64,000 bases of DNA from a phage. The notes below the pieces were generated by a model. That model was not told the DNA's origin. It ran no database searches and worked only from the letters and a program-made list of their open reading frames with translations. Positions 9,074 to 18,937 of the stretch are shown piece by piece; within the stretch, counting starts at the first letter, position 1, and each line of letters opens with the position of its first letter. The position numbers and the translations under genes were made by a program. The stretch lies in the sequence record PZ445440.1, one strand, 5' to 3'.

Positions 9074-10887
9074 TGGTGTTTAACCCTATGCATGATTTCT
9101 TTATTTTTGCCTAGATTAAATCCGCGTTCGTTTGGATTTCCCAAATAACCGCATGTTCTTCTTATTGTGTTCATCTTTTTAGGATCAGTTTCTCCGCAAA
9201 CTGAACAAACAAATCCATTTTCAGTAGGAGTCATTTCATGAGTACTTCCGCATGTAAAACATTTATCTACTGGCATATTAACACCAAAATAATCTAAATG
9301 TTGTGCAGCATAATCCCAGACAGCCTCAAGTCCTTTTAAGTTATTTTTCATATCAGGAAGTTCAACATAAGAAATGTGACCACCTGTCGCAATGAAATGA
9401 TATGGCGCTTCACGAGAAATCTTTTCAAACGGAGTAATATTTTCTTCTACTGAAACATGGAAACTATTAGTGTACCAGCCTTTATCGGTAACATCTTTTA
9501 CGCTTCCATATTTTTCTGTATCGAGTTTACAAAAGCGATAACAAAGGTTTTCAGCAGGAGTAGAATATAAACTAAAAGCAAATCCGGTTCTTTCAGTCCA
9601 CTGTTTAAGATGAGCATTCATTTTAGTTAAAATTTCTTGTCCAATATCACGACCGACAAGAATATTCAATTCGTGAATACCGATGTATCCCAAAGACACT
9701 GAACTTCTACCATTTTTAAATAACTCAATTATGTCATCATCAGGTTTAAGACGAACCCCGAATGCACCTTCTTGGTAAAGAATAGGAGCAACAGTAGCTT
9801 TAACTCCTTTTAAGGAACTAATTCTACACATCAAGGCTTCAAAACACAGGTCCATTCGCTCGTCGAACAATTCAGTAAATTTCTGTTCATTGAACTGTGT
9901 TCCAATATAAGAATCTAATGCGATACGAGGAAGATTCAGTGTTACAACACCGAGATTATTACGTCCATCAAGAATTTCATTACCAGTCGAATCTTTCCAT
10001 ACGCTCAAGAAACTACGGCAGCCCATTGGAGAAACTGGAACTGAAGAACCGGTAATAGCTTTATTATTCTTAACCGAAATAATGTCAGGATACATTCTTT
10101 TGCTTGCACATTCTAACGCAAGTTGTTTAATATCATAGTTCGGATCATCTTTATAAAGATTAACACCTTCTTCAACAAACATAACAAGCTTAGGGAAAAT
10201 AGGAGTTATTCCATCACGACCAAGACCTTTAATGCGGTTTTTAAGAATTGCCTTCTGAATCATTCGTTCAGTCCAATCGGTTCCCGTACCAAATGTAATT
10301 GTTACAAAAGGAGTTTGTCCGTTTGAACTAAAGAGAGTATTTACTTCATATTCATAAGCTTGGAATGCGTCATAGACATCTTTTTCTGTTTTAGATTGAG
10401 CATAATTCAGAATGTCTGGTATTTGCCATTTTTCTGCATCTTCAACATGTTTAGCGTATGTGCGTTTAACATAAGGAGAAAGAACTTTATCGACATTCGC
10501 AAATGTAGTTCCGCCATACTGGTGTGAAGCAACTTGCGCGGTAATTTGTGCCATAATTGCAGTAGCAACGCCAATTGATTTAGGAGTTTCAATCTGTGCA
10601 TTACCAAGCTTAAATCCGTTCTCAAGCATTCCTTTTAAATCTACTAAACAGCAATTAGTAAATGGAAGAGCAGGAGAATAATCAATATCATGCATGTGAA
10701 TGATTCCGCTTTCATGCGCATTCATAATAAAAGACGGGACCATATTTTTGGCAATGTGCTTAGACACAATACCAGCCATAAGGTCCCGTTGAGTTGGAAA
10801 AACACGAGAATCTTTATTAGCATTCTCGTTCAAAAGATCTTTATTAGTTTTATGAATTAATCCTTCAATTTCTTTTTCAATTTTCAT
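9070..10887 (-). CDS. nrdD: anaerobic ribonucleoside-triphosphate reductase NrdD (intronless)
   Basis: 605 aa uninterrupted ORF; C-terminal zinc-ribbon cysteines CFTCGS...CSVCG and glycyl radical region TCGYLG. Confidence 0.95.
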   Translation of the reverse strand: MKIEKEIEGLIHKTNKDLLNENANKDSRVFPTQRDLMAGIVSKHIAKNMVPSFIMNAHESGIIHMHDIDYSPALPFTNCCLVDLKGMLENGFKLGNAQIETPKSIGVATAIMAQITAQVASHQYGGTTFANVDKVLSPYVKRTYAKHVEDAEKWQIPDILNYAQSKTEKDVYDAFQAYEYEVNTLFSSNGQTPFVTITFGTGTDWTERMIQKAILKNRIKGLGRDGITPIFPKLVMFVEEGVNLYKDDPNYDIKQLALECASKRMYPDIISVKNNKAITGSSVPVSPMGCRSFLSVWKDSTGNEILDGRNNLGVVTLNLPRIALDSYIGTQFNEQKFTELFDERMDLCFEALMCRISSLKGVKATVAPILYQEGAFGVRLKPDDDIIELFKNGRSSVSLGYIGIHELNILVGRDIGQEILTKMNAHLKQWTERTGFAFSLYSTPAENLCYRFCKLDTEKYGSVKDVTDKGWYTNSFHVSVEENITPFEKISREAPYHFIATGGHISYVELPDMKNNLKGLEAVWDYAAQHLDYFGVNMPVDKCFTCGSTHEMTPTENGFVCSVCGETDPKKMNTIRRTCGYLGNPNERGFNLGKNKEIMHRVKHQ

Positions 10888-11357
10888 TTTAAACTCTTTC
10901 TAAGCTGCTTTTTGAATGAAGCTATTAATTGTGTTTTAGTATCAGATTCATTATATTCAAATCCTCTTTGAAGCATCTCGACCATCATTTCCTCTTTACC
11001 TAGTCTTGAGAACTCTTTAGTTTTGTCTGGAACAAAATTAGGATGGATATTATTAGCAGAATAATCTTGTTTCAAATAAGCAAGAAGAGCTTCAAGCCAT
11101 TCGAGGTAGTCGACATCACGTCCTTTAAGACCAGAACGGTTGAACTTATGCTTCATTTGGCCTTCTGCTGCGTTGCACAGAGAACAGAGTAACCCACGAA
11201 CCTTACCAGCTTTTGGCCCGTTTAATTCATGGTCGTGGTCAAGATGGTTACCTTGAACATCAGGGTCTAATTCACGGTGGCAAATAGGACACTTACCGTT
11301 CTGTGCATCATAAAATTTTTGTTTTTCTTCTTTATATTTTGCGCCTGATAATAACAT
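10884..11357 (-). CDS. 49: endonuclease VII (Holliday junction resolvase) gp49
   Basis: 157 aa; near-identical over long stretches to recalled T4 gp49 (HLDHDHELNGPKAGKVRGLLCxLCNAAEGQMKHKFNRSGLKG). Confidence 0.95.
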   Translation of the reverse strand: MLLSGAKYKEEKQKFYDAQNGKCPICHRELDPDVQGNHLDHDHELNGPKAGKVRGLLCSLCNAAEGQMKHKFNRSGLKGRDVDYLEWLEALLAYLKQDYSANNIHPNFVPDKTKEFSRLGKEEMMVEMLQRGFEYNESDTKTQLIASFKKQLRKSLK

Positions 11358-11392
11358 GATAAACCCTTACCTTAAATAGATAAGGGTATTTA

Positions 11393-11818
11393 TTAACTTA
11401 AACGTCTTTCTAAATATTCAATGTATTCCGCTGCGGCTTGCATCAGATTACCTTCATAACCATCATTATTTTCTTGACCGGCTAATTTAGCTAATGCATA
11501 AGAAATTCGTTCACCTTCGAATTCGCCAAGTTTACTACCTAGCACATCCGCAATATCAGCCGAATCAATTTCTTCGAGTTCATCTATTGAATGAGATTCC
11601 CAGAAGCACCAAAGAGAAGTATCACGGTCATAGATGCAAAGTTTCTCACCTGTGTTCAACATCACTTCGTTAATGCCATGGTCGCCATAACCATCTTCGG
11701 TAGTAGTACCAATTACCTTGATGATTGTTCCTTTCTTTAATTCAGGAAACTTGACTTGTAGTTCTTCATCTTCTTTAACAATCTTGAACCATTTACCGCG
11801 AGTTTCAGAAATATTCAT
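11393..11818 (-). CDS. hypothetical protein (T4 pin position; identity unverified)
   Basis: ORF track 11393..11956; start moved to ATG 11818 (MNISETRGKW...). Confidence 0.55.
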   Translation of the reverse strand: MNISETRGKWFKIVKEDEELQVKFPELKKGTIIKVIGTTTEDGYGDHGINEVMLNTGEKLCIYDRDTSLWCFWESHSIDELEEIDSADIADVLGSKLGEFEGERISYALAKLAGQENNDGYEGNLMQAAAEYIEYLERRLS

Positions 11819-11819
11819 A

Positions 11820-11990
11820 TCAATATTCTCTATAAAAGTTACGATGAGAACGTTTAGCTTTGCGAAGCTGACGTTTAGTAGGACGAACTGTAAATGGTTG
11901 TCCAGAGAAAAAATTCGGATCGGTTTTAATAAGCAAATACCAATCATGTTTGCCATTTTTTAATAAACGGTACAATAATTTAACTTGCAT
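11820..11990 (-). CDS. small basic hypothetical protein (56 aa)
   Basis: ORF track 11820..12017 begins with TTG; first ATG at 11990. Confidence 0.4.
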   Translation of the reverse strand: MQVKLLYRLLKNGKHDWYLLIKTDPNFFSGQPFTVRPTKRQLRKAKRSHRNFYREY

Positions 11991-12118
11991 AATAATCTCT
12001 TCCCATTTCCATATCAATTAATTCATTTATTGAAGGTTCATCATAACATGGTTCTTCGTCGTTGTAAACTGTTTCGACGTCTGGCTCGACTGTCTCCCAT
12101 CGAGCAGAATACCACGGT

Positions 12119-12475
12119 TTAACCCCGGAGTTTATTGAGCTCTTCATAATCAATCCAGGATTCTAGCCCTGATGGCAGGTCACATTCAATGTTCCACAGA
12201 AGCTCTTCAATGGCTTGCAGGCGATTATATTCTTCAACGGTAATGGTAACCATTGGTGCAACCGGTTCTGCCTTTTTAACCATCATATCGTTCATCAGGA
12301 CGTAAAGGTCATCACGAACGACAGTGTCGTTCCATCCCCATGATTTGGCTTCGTAAGCTAATGATGAAGGGAGCACATTTAAAACTTCAATAATAGTTGG
12401 AGCATCAGGACCAAGTTCATTGGCACAAACTTCGTATACATCTTGGAAATCTTTAAGATTTAATGAATATGTCAT
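12119..12475 (-). CDS. hypothetical protein (118 aa)
   Basis: ORF track; ATG start. Confidence 0.6.
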   Translation of the reverse strand: MTYSLNLKDFQDVYEVCANELGPDAPTIIEVLNVLPSSLAYEAKSWGWNDTVVRDDLYVLMNDMMVKKAEPVAPMVTITVEEYNRLQAIEELLWNIECDLPSGLESWIDYEELNKLRG

Positions 12476-12493
12476 TTAAAATTTTCTCGCAGG

Positions 12494-12790
12494 TTATTGT
12501 TCTACCCATGAACAAGAGACTTCAAAATCAGGACCACCGTATTCCCAGTGATATTCACCAACAGGAATCCAGTCACCGTGCTCGTTTTCTTCATAGTCCT
12601 CAGGCTCAAGGCCAACGAATCGCCATTGGACACCGATGATTCGATTACCCATCATTACTCGAAATTCGCCCCATGGATTATCGATAGCATACTGAATATC
12701 GTTCTTGGCACGAGAGCACATTTCTTGATATAATAAAGCTTCTAATTCACCCTGGTCATAAGGGCCAGGGAAAGTTAAATCAATACTCAT
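12494..12790 (-). CDS. hypothetical acidic protein (98 aa)
   Basis: ORF track; ATG start. Confidence 0.6.
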   Translation of the reverse strand: MSIDLTFPGPYDQGELEALLYQEMCSRAKNDIQYAIDNPWGEFRVMMGNRIIGVQWRFVGLEPEDYEENEHGDWIPVGEYHWEYGGPDFEVSCSWVEQ

Positions 12791-13050
12791 TTAAAATATT
12801 CTCGTAGTTGGTCAAATCCACCAATGTGACTTCCATCAGGAGCAAACACTTGAGGCATAGTCAATCCGACTTGTGATTCACGTCCAAGCTTAACCAGAAG
12901 CTCAGCAATTTTCTCATCATCAAAAACACCTTTTTCTGGCATAACATTAATGAATTCGAACGGCTGTTTCTTAACAGTCAGCAATCGTTTCGCATTATCA
13001 CAATAAATGCATTTATGAATAGTAGAGTCATACCCGTACACTTTAAACAT
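12787..13050 (-). CDS. nrdC: thioredoxin/glutaredoxin NrdC
   Basis: MFKVYGYDSTIHKCIYCDNAKRLL... near-identical to recalled T4 NrdC; start at ATG 13050 with AAGGAAAA upstream (track start 13065 over-extended). Confidence 0.9.
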   Translation of the reverse strand: MFKVYGYDSTIHKCIYCDNAKRLLTVKKQPFEFINVMPEKGVFDDEKIAELLVKLGRESQVGLTMPQVFAPDGSHIGGFDQLREYFK

Positions 13051-13456
13051 TATTTTTCCTTTCATCGATTAAATATGCAATGCCAAATACAATACATGTA
13101 ATAAAACCTGTGATACAGATAGAAACCAACAACACCGTACCAAAGAACCAAATCAAGTTATCTTTAGTAGTTTGTTTGATATCCATCTCACGAATTTCTA
13201 TAGCTATCGTATCACCTTTATTCAGAAGCGTATAAAACGACGGTGATACACGCCTGTCAAAAACTCGTCCTTGTTCATCTTTATAAACTGCAATAAATTC
13301 TAATTTAGAATATTTTCCTGTAGATTGGCCTGAGATTAATTCCACTACCTCCACAGGAATTACTTTAGTTTCCATGTAAGTATTCTGGCTGTTCCAAATG
13401 AATGGAATGATGGCAAAAACTAAAGCTGCAATAAAACAACGAAGGCTATATCTCAT
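13043..13456 (-). CDS. membrane protein (two predicted TM helices)
   Basis: ORF track; N- and C-terminal hydrophobic segments. Confidence 0.65.
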   Translation of the reverse strand: MRYSLRCFIAALVFAIIPFIWNSQNTYMETKVIPVEVVELISGQSTGKYSKLEFIAVYKDEQGRVFDRRVSPSFYTLLNKGDTIAIEIREMDIKQTTKDNLIWFFGTVLLVSICITGFITCIVFGIAYLIDERKNNV

Positions 13457-13761
13457 TATAATGTTCTCTCAAATTTGTGGAAGCATTTACGGCATTTCAA
13501 TTTCAAGTTATCAGTGGTCCAGTTAACCAGTTGGACTTGGATAGTTCCACATTCCGGACATGGATGTTTTGCTGCCGATTTGGCAGCATTTTCACGTCGT
13601 TCAACCATTTTCATGATTTCGTTCCATGCCGGAGGAACGAACTCTTCTTCACTATGAATTTTATCTCGTTGAACAAATTCAATCTTTGAACTATCGTCAA
13701 TAAACTTAACCAAGCGGTGATTAGTGTTCATATCAATATCTTCTAAAAGACGTAGTTTCAT
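13456..13761 (-). CDS. zinc-ribbon protein (CPEC...CRKC)
   Basis: ORF track; two CxxC pairs; TAATG overlaps on both sides. Confidence 0.65.
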   Translation of the reverse strand: MKLRLLEDIDMNTNHRLVKFIDDSSKIEFVQRDKIHSEEEFVPPAWNEIMKMVERRENAAKSAAKHPCPECGTIQVQLVNWTTDNLKLKCRKCFHKFERTL

Positions 13762-14711
13762 TATAACACCTCAATGGCATTTCGTAAACCATCCGCTTTA
13801 GCATTCAGAGCTTTTAACGATTTAGTTTGTTCTGCAATCTGGGCTTCGACTTCTTTCAGACGAGATTTGAGATATTCGCGTTCTTCTCTTAAGTTATCAA
13901 CTTTTTCTGCTTTAGGCTCTTTAATAGACTTAGGTTTATATGTATTAGGGTTCTTCAACTTAATTTGAATGCGAGAACTGAATAACATCGAACCGTTATC
14001 TTCGGTTTCACTGTGCATTTCTACCACATCCATGATTCTTAACATCATGCGAAGTTTATAAGACAGCGAACGAACGGTTTTATTGTGCTTCTTAATTTCT
14101 TCAGCTTTCATGGTGCCGAGATTACGTGAGTAGTAATAAGGAACCTGGATATCAATTGATAATGATGCGTTACCATTACCAGTTGGTTTGAATACTGCAG
14201 TAACCCAATCTTTAACATGAACTTTATTTGTACGATCATCGCCGCCTGTGAATAATTTACAAGAATGTTTAAAAAGCATATTCACTTGGTTATTGAATTC
14301 ACAAGCAAATTTATCAGCAAATTTAGTTTCAGGAATGGTAGTTAACCATTCAGCCAAATGAGTCTTTTTAACATCATTAACAATAGTGAATTCAACCAAA
14401 TCGGTTTTAGTTGTCACAGATTTAATAAAGCTCGGCTTCATAAAGTTTTTAATGTTATCGCGAGCTACAGTAGAAGATAATAAACGAGAACGTTTGAACC
14501 ATTGAAGCAACGTCCCTAACGAATGAGAATACGCATTTTGAGTATCTTTACAGATATGATTTTCTTGGCCTATGTATGTACCAAAATCGCGAAGAATACC
14601 ACTTACTACATCTCGGTGTGGAACATCAAATCCTAGTGCACCAGAAGCACGTTGGGCATGAACGTTAGCGATAAGACCTGCAAAGTATTCAATGTAATGT
14701 GAACGTGTCAT
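13761..14711 (-). CDS. hypothetical protein with C-terminal coiled coil (316 aa)
   Basis: ORF track; ATG with GAGAGGAAAA upstream; own promoter element upstream. Confidence 0.7.
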   Translation of the reverse strand: MTRSHYIEYFAGLIANVHAQRASGALGFDVPHRDVVSGILRDFGTYIGQENHICKDTQNAYSHSLGTLLQWFKRSRLLSSTVARDNIKNFMKPSFIKSVTTKTDLVEFTIVNDVKKTHLAEWLTTIPETKFADKFACEFNNQVNMLFKHSCKLFTGGDDRTNKVHVKDWVTAVFKPTGNGNASLSIDIQVPYYYSRNLGTMKAEEIKKHNKTVRSLSYKLRMMLRIMDVVEMHSETEDNGSMLFSSRIQIKLKNPNTYKPKSIKEPKAEKVDNLREEREYLKSRLKEVEAQIAEQTKSLKALNAKADGLRNAIEVL

Positions 14712-14730
14712 AATATTTTCCTCTCGTTAA

Positions 14731-14773
14731 GATAGATTCATTATACTCCAACCATCCTTGGTTGTAAACTATT
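14731..14773 (-). promoter_or_regulatory. early promoter (GTTTACA, 17-18 bp spacer with CCAACCA/TGGTTGG inverted repeat, TATAAT)
   Basis: Read in sequence; repeated at 15751..15790 and in variant form at 36398..36440. Confidence 0.5.
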
Positions 14774-15733
14774 TTATGATTTTAATGCATTCATTGCGTT
14801 AAAAAGTTTAGAATACTGCAACTGGAGATTCGTTACAACACTTTGAGCATCACGAAGCTTAGCTTGTGCTTTGTCAAGTTCAACAGACAGTTGGTCTACA
14901 GTAGCCTTGATTTGGTTGTAATGATAATCTTCGGCTGGAAGAAGGTCATTAGAAACATTTAGTTTTACTGCAGACAGTTTGCACACATTTGGTAAACCTT
15001 TAAACATTGATTTACCTGAAGTAGAATAAGCACTTAGGACTTCAGCCTGTTCAATTGGGGTCCCAGTAAGCGATGCTTCGAACGTTGCATTTTCCTTTTT
15101 AAGATTTTGATAGTATTCAGAGTCTTTGTGCCACCATGGCGCAGGAACCTTTTTACCAATAGATACACGAGCCTGGATAGCGATATGGCCCTTATTCTTG
15201 ATAGGGTCGATAATATTAAGCTCACGAGAATAAATTGCTTTAATCTCATGGATATTATCGCCTAACACTTCTAGCGCTTGGTGGAATACACGAGCAACGT
15301 TATCATTCTTAGGTTTATACGTAAGAGTGAACTCGTTCTCACTGATAACCATGATTTCTAACTTATCGTAAGTGTACTTAAGATGCTTCATGTTAACCGC
15401 TTGAGGACGAATACGAGAAGCAATGGCCATCAGATTGTTAAGGTTATTCCGGAACTGCTTAGCGAAATATTGTCCTTCACCACCAATACAAAAATTACGA
15501 AGTTTCTGTTTGGCTAATAAACGGCTGAACTCACCATTTTTAATGAACTCTTTAACGGGTGTGTTAGTAACGCATTCAAATTGAGTAAACTTACGAGAAT
15601 TAATCCCATAATACGAACAGATTTCCTCAATCTCTTCAGGAGTCTTTACAGGCATACGGATAGGATTAGGTCCTGGAGTATATGCGTTCGAGGTAAATTC
15701 TTTGATAAGTTCTTTACGTGTAATAAAAGCCAT
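14774..15733 (-). CDS. hypothetical protein with C-terminal coiled coil (319 aa)
   Basis: ORF track; ATG with TGAGGAA upstream. Confidence 0.7.
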   Translation of the reverse strand: MAFITRKELIKEFTSNAYTPGPNPIRMPVKTPEEIEEICSYYGINSRKFTQFECVTNTPVKEFIKNGEFSRLLAKQKLRNFCIGGEGQYFAKQFRNNLNNLMAIASRIRPQAVNMKHLKYTYDKLEIMVISENEFTLTYKPKNDNVARVFHQALEVLGDNIHEIKAIYSRELNIIDPIKNKGHIAIQARVSIGKKVPAPWWHKDSEYYQNLKKENATFEASLTGTPIEQAEVLSAYSTSGKSMFKGLPNVCKLSAVKLNVSNDLLPAEDYHYNQIKATVDQLSVELDKAQAKLRDAQSVVTNLQLQYSKLFNAMNALKS

Positions 15734-15750
15734 TTTATATTCCTCATGTT

Positions 15751-15790
15751 GAAAAATTTATTATACTCCAACCATCCTTGGTTGTACATC
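15751..15790 (-). promoter_or_regulatory. early-promoter-like repeat (copy of 14731..14773 element)
   Basis: Shared 26-nt core ttatactccaaccatccttggttgta. Confidence 0.45.
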
Positions 15791-16625
15791 ATTCCTTAAG
15801 AAGTTTTACTACCTGAATAAGATTAGCTCGTTCTGTTTTATTTTTACCGTTTAAGCCTGCTAATCGTGAGATTTCATCGTCAGTCTGTTGAATAGTTACA
15901 TTAAGTTCGTTAATCAAAGCTTCAAAGTATTTGATTTGCTCAGCATGTTTTGATTCAAATTTCTGAACCGGAATAACGTCTTGGTTTAGTTCATCAATAA
16001 GGTCTTTAAGAGCATCTTCTTGGTTGATATCATATTCAACTTCTTTTATTTCTTCAACGAGCTCGTCTTTATATCTAACGTCTTTTAGTCCTGGTGCTGG
16101 TCCTGAAATCTCTTCTTTAAGAGTACAAACATATCCAATACGGTATCCAATGCCGGCTCGCTTGATATCAACTTCGTCGATAAATCCACAATGTTTAAGC
16201 CCGGAGCCGATTAGGTCAAAATATCCTTGACGTCGTCCTTCAAACGTTACATGAACTACTAAGACAGTTTTACCTGCAACCTTTTGAAGCTCACATTTAT
16301 AAAAGTCAGTTGAACCTGAATAACGTGGATGAGTTTTAAAGTTCATCTGACGATCTAGGCCCATTTGTAAACGCGCTGTTACGGCCAGAAAACGTGTTTG
16401 GTTCTCGTTAAGATGAGCAACAATCCATTTCAAAGGCATTTTACATTGGTCACGACAGAACAAATCAACATATCCAAGATTACGAAGGATATTGTTAGAG
16501 TTAATCATCGACAGAACGTTAAGTTTATTCAGCGCGCTGAAGATTCCATCAGCCATTGATTTTCCGTAACCTTTACACGCTTTAATAAGTGCTCGCGGCA
16601 GATTAGTATAGATTTCAGACGGCAT
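15789..16625 (-). CDS. hypothetical protein with C-terminal coiled coil (278 aa; start uncertain, alternative ATG 16556)
   Basis: ORF track; N-terminal 97 nt overlaps ORF 16529..16786 in another frame. Confidence 0.65.
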   Translation of the reverse strand: MPSEIYTNLPRALIKACKGYGKSMADGIFSALNKLNVLSMINSNNILRNLGYVDLFCRDQCKMPLKWIVAHLNENQTRFLAVTARLQMGLDRQMNFKTHPRYSGSTDFYKCELQKVAGKTVLVVHVTFEGRRQGYFDLIGSGLKHCGFIDEVDIKRAGIGYRIGYVCTLKEEISGPAPGLKDVRYKDELVEEIKEVEYDINQEDALKDLIDELNQDVIPVQKFESKHAEQIKYFEALINELNVTIQQTDDEISRLAGLNGKNKTERANLIQVVKLLKE

Positions 16626-16786
16626 ATGAAAATCAAATTTACTCTAACCAGTAATTGATGAACTTGGATAGCAATTTGTTCATAATTAAGTGCTCTGCGA
16701 TCATTATGGTCTTTAAACCACACTTTAATCTGTGAAGCACATAAACCGTTAATTTCATGTTTTACCGCATCAGATGTAATGCTCAT
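16529..16786 (-). CDS. hypothetical protein (85 aa)
   Basis: ORF track; ATG with strong GAGGAAA upstream; overlaps next gene. Confidence 0.45.
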   Translation of the reverse strand: MSITSDAVKHEINGLCASQIKVWFKDHNDRRALNYEQIAIQVHQLLVRVNLIFICRLKSILICREHLLKRVKVTENQWLMESSAR

Positions 16787-16848
16787 AACTATTTCCTCAG
16801 ATTGAATTGGAACTCAAAACCATTATAACCCGTCCTTGGGTAAAGCGT

Positions 16849-17376
16849 TTATGCGTGAACCGTCTTTAAACGTTCTTCAAATTTCCGAAGAGTACTAATA
16901 CGTTCTGCTTTCTGTTTTGTATAGTTTGCAATACGTTCTGAAGTGAGAGCGTATCGTTCGTTTACTGTTTCTTTCATGAAGTCAGTGATTTCACGAGAAG
17001 CTTTAATTTCATCAAACTTATCGAGTACTGCCTGATCTTCAGCAATTAAATTTTCGTACATCTCGATATCTTTCTTGATGAAGTCGATATCTTCCTGGGT
17101 TACTTTGGATAAACGAGATGCTTTATCCTTTTTGTATTGCTCGTTAGTTTCACGAGACCAGAATAATGTACGGTTTTTGTTGGTGTTTTTGTAGACTTCC
17201 ACAATTCCAACTGAATCGATGATAACAATCCAATTCCAGCGAGATTTGAAAATCTGACCTCCGTCCACGGTAATCTCGTTACCATAAGCAACATCATTAA
17301 AGAACTTGCTTTGTGCTTCAGATTTAAATTTACCGTCGTTATAATTTACCAGGTTGAAAATATCTTTAGCGTTCAT
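16849..17376 (-). CDS. hypothetical protein with C-terminal helical tail (175 aa)
   Basis: ORF track; ATG with GGAGGTAAAAC upstream. Confidence 0.7.
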   Translation of the reverse strand: MNAKDIFNLVNYNDGKFKSEAQSKFFNDVAYGNEITVDGGQIFKSRWNWIVIIDSVGIVEVYKNTNKNRTLFWSRETNEQYKKDKASRLSKVTQEDIDFIKKDIEMYENLIAEDQAVLDKFDEIKASREITDFMKETVNERYALTSERIANYTKQKAERISTLRKFEERLKTVHA

Positions 17377-17391
17377 GTTTTACCTCCAGTA

Positions 17392-17435
17392 GTTGATAGG
17401 TCTATAATAACATAACCATAGACCTTGTAAACAAC
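17392..17435 (-). promoter_or_regulatory. early promoter with stem-loop (GTTTACA ... TATTAT inside AGGTCTAT/ATAGACCT inverted repeat)
   Basis: Read in sequence. Confidence 0.5.
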
Positions 17436-17722
17436 TAAAAGAAACTTTTTTCGGTATTTTTTCCACTGAACCAAACCGACTTCGGGATTTTTTGTAATTT
17501 TTCAGATTTAAGTTTCTCTTCCTGTTCTTTCTTATATACACCCTTGTCGTACTGGAGCATCTCTATGGCATTCTTTTGCAAACGATCTAAGGTAATTAAG
17601 GCTTTAGTTTTTCCTTTCAAGGAAGAGTCCTGGCGAACCTCCTCACTATATTGCATCGTAGAACTAACCATACGATGAGCATACAGTTCGACTGCGGCTT
17701 TAATTTTTTGCATAAAATCCAT
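17435..17722 (-). CDS. hypothetical protein (95 aa)
   Basis: ORF track; ATG with AAAGAGGA upstream. Confidence 0.6.
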   Translation of the reverse strand: MDFMQKIKAAVELYAHRMVSSTMQYSEEVRQDSSLKGKTKALITLDRLQKNAIEMLQYDKGVYKKEQEEKLKSEKLQKIPKSVWFSGKNTEKSFF

Positions 17723-17860
17723 AACATATCCTCTTTGATTTGTACATCATTATTTTTAAATATTTCTATGCCCTCAGTAGGTTCCTGGTGTCCTTCTTTG
17801 AGGTAAGCCATATGATTATTCATCTTTATGGCTTTTGTTACCTCAGAACTTCCTATAAGC

Positions 17861-18841
17861 TTATTTCAGTAAAGTTACTTCAGAGATTTCCTCCCAACCA
17901 TCTTTATCAGTTGAAATAAAATCTGCTACATAAAGAGCCGTACGTAATGATACATTGCGAAGACGAGATACGTTAGCCTTCATCCAAGATAATGCTTTAT
18001 ACGTTTCTGCATCAGTCAGACCACGTTTCTGCATCATGTCAGTAGATAATATTACATCTTCAACTCGAACCATAATCTCTTCATTAGAGTGTACTCCAAG
18101 GTCAAGATACACTGAACGAGATACTAAAGCTTGAAGGTGTGGAGCAAGTTTAGAACCGCGTTCTAACTCTTTATCGATATCAACGTTTGTAATGAAAACG
18201 ATAGTACCTTCAAACTCAAATTCTTTATCGATACCCTTATCATCAAGATAAGATGATGCAGTGCTCCAACAAACTTTGCGTTTATCACCGGTATCTAATG
18301 CGGCTTTAAGAAGGTTCAAGATGTCCATATCTGAGAATACGTCAACGTCGTCGATTAAGAGAACGCTGTCTGCATCACGGTTGAGCCAAAGTTGTTCGTA
18401 AAGGCCAATACCAGAGATTTTACCATTAATACTTTTGTATTTGATGAAACCATTATCATTAGCATTATTAAGTGCTTTATCCAGAGAATACGTCTTACCA
18501 ATACCTGCTGCACCTGAAATAATGAGTGAACGAATTTTGCCATCGATAATGCCATTCGTCATCATGTTCATTACTTTAAAGCGTTTGTTGATACGAGTTT
18601 TCATATCTTCAGTGCTTTCAATAACTGCAACTGGTGACGTCTCAACTCCTTCCATTACGATGTCTGATTTGAAGACCCATACTCCACGTTCAGAGCCATC
18701 AATCATAACGAAAATTTTACCATCACCTAAGTGGGAACATTCAGGATTAAGCTTTGCCGGGAACCATGTCTTTGTGGCAACATAAGAACCAGAGATTTCG
18801 TTATTACGATAGATACCTTTTTTGATTTGAACGTTGAACAT
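17861..18841 (-). CDS. AAA+/P-loop ATPase (Walker A GAAGIGKT, Walker B LLIDDVD)
   Basis: ORF track 17861..18853; start moved to ATG 18841 with GGAGAA upstream; motifs read from translation. Confidence 0.8.
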   Translation of the reverse strand: MFNVQIKKGIYRNNEISGSYVATKTWFPAKLNPECSHLGDGKIFVMIDGSERGVWVFKSDIVMEGVETSPVAVIESTEDMKTRINKRFKVMNMMTNGIIDGKIRSLIISGAAGIGKTYSLDKALNNANDNGFIKYKSINGKISGIGLYEQLWLNRDADSVLLIDDVDVFSDMDILNLLKAALDTGDKRKVCWSTASSYLDDKGIDKEFEFEGTIVFITNVDIDKELERGSKLAPHLQALVSRSVYLDLGVHSNEEIMVRVEDVILSTDMMQKRGLTDAETYKALSWMKANVSRLRNVSLRTALYVADFISTDKDGWEEISEVTLLK

Positions 18842-18869
18842 TTTATTCTCCAAATTTACTCATTTCGTT

Positions 18870-18912
18870 TCGATAGGTCTATAATAACATATCCTAAAAG
18901 CATGTACACTAC
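18870..18912 (-). promoter_or_regulatory. early-promoter-like element upstream of the ATPase gene
   Basis: gataggtctataataacat...gtacac motif of the same repeat family. Confidence 0.45.
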
Positions 18913-18937
18913 TTTTTAAAAATATTTTGACCCCCTA

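Noticed and set aside
10407-10625. Minus-strand ORF inside nrdD in another frame
   Set aside because: Embedded in a conserved gene; composition artefact.
11977-12147. Possible 56-aa minus-strand ORF between 11820..11990 and 12119..12475
   Set aside because: Weak RBS and overlaps both neighbours; could be real but unsupported.
15034-15249. Minus-strand ORF inside 14774..15733 in another frame
   Set aside because: Embedded shadow ORF.
17617-17823. Minus-strand 68-aa ORF overlapping the start of 17435..17722
   Set aside because: Spans the promoter element, no RBS, and overlaps the better-supported downstream gene.
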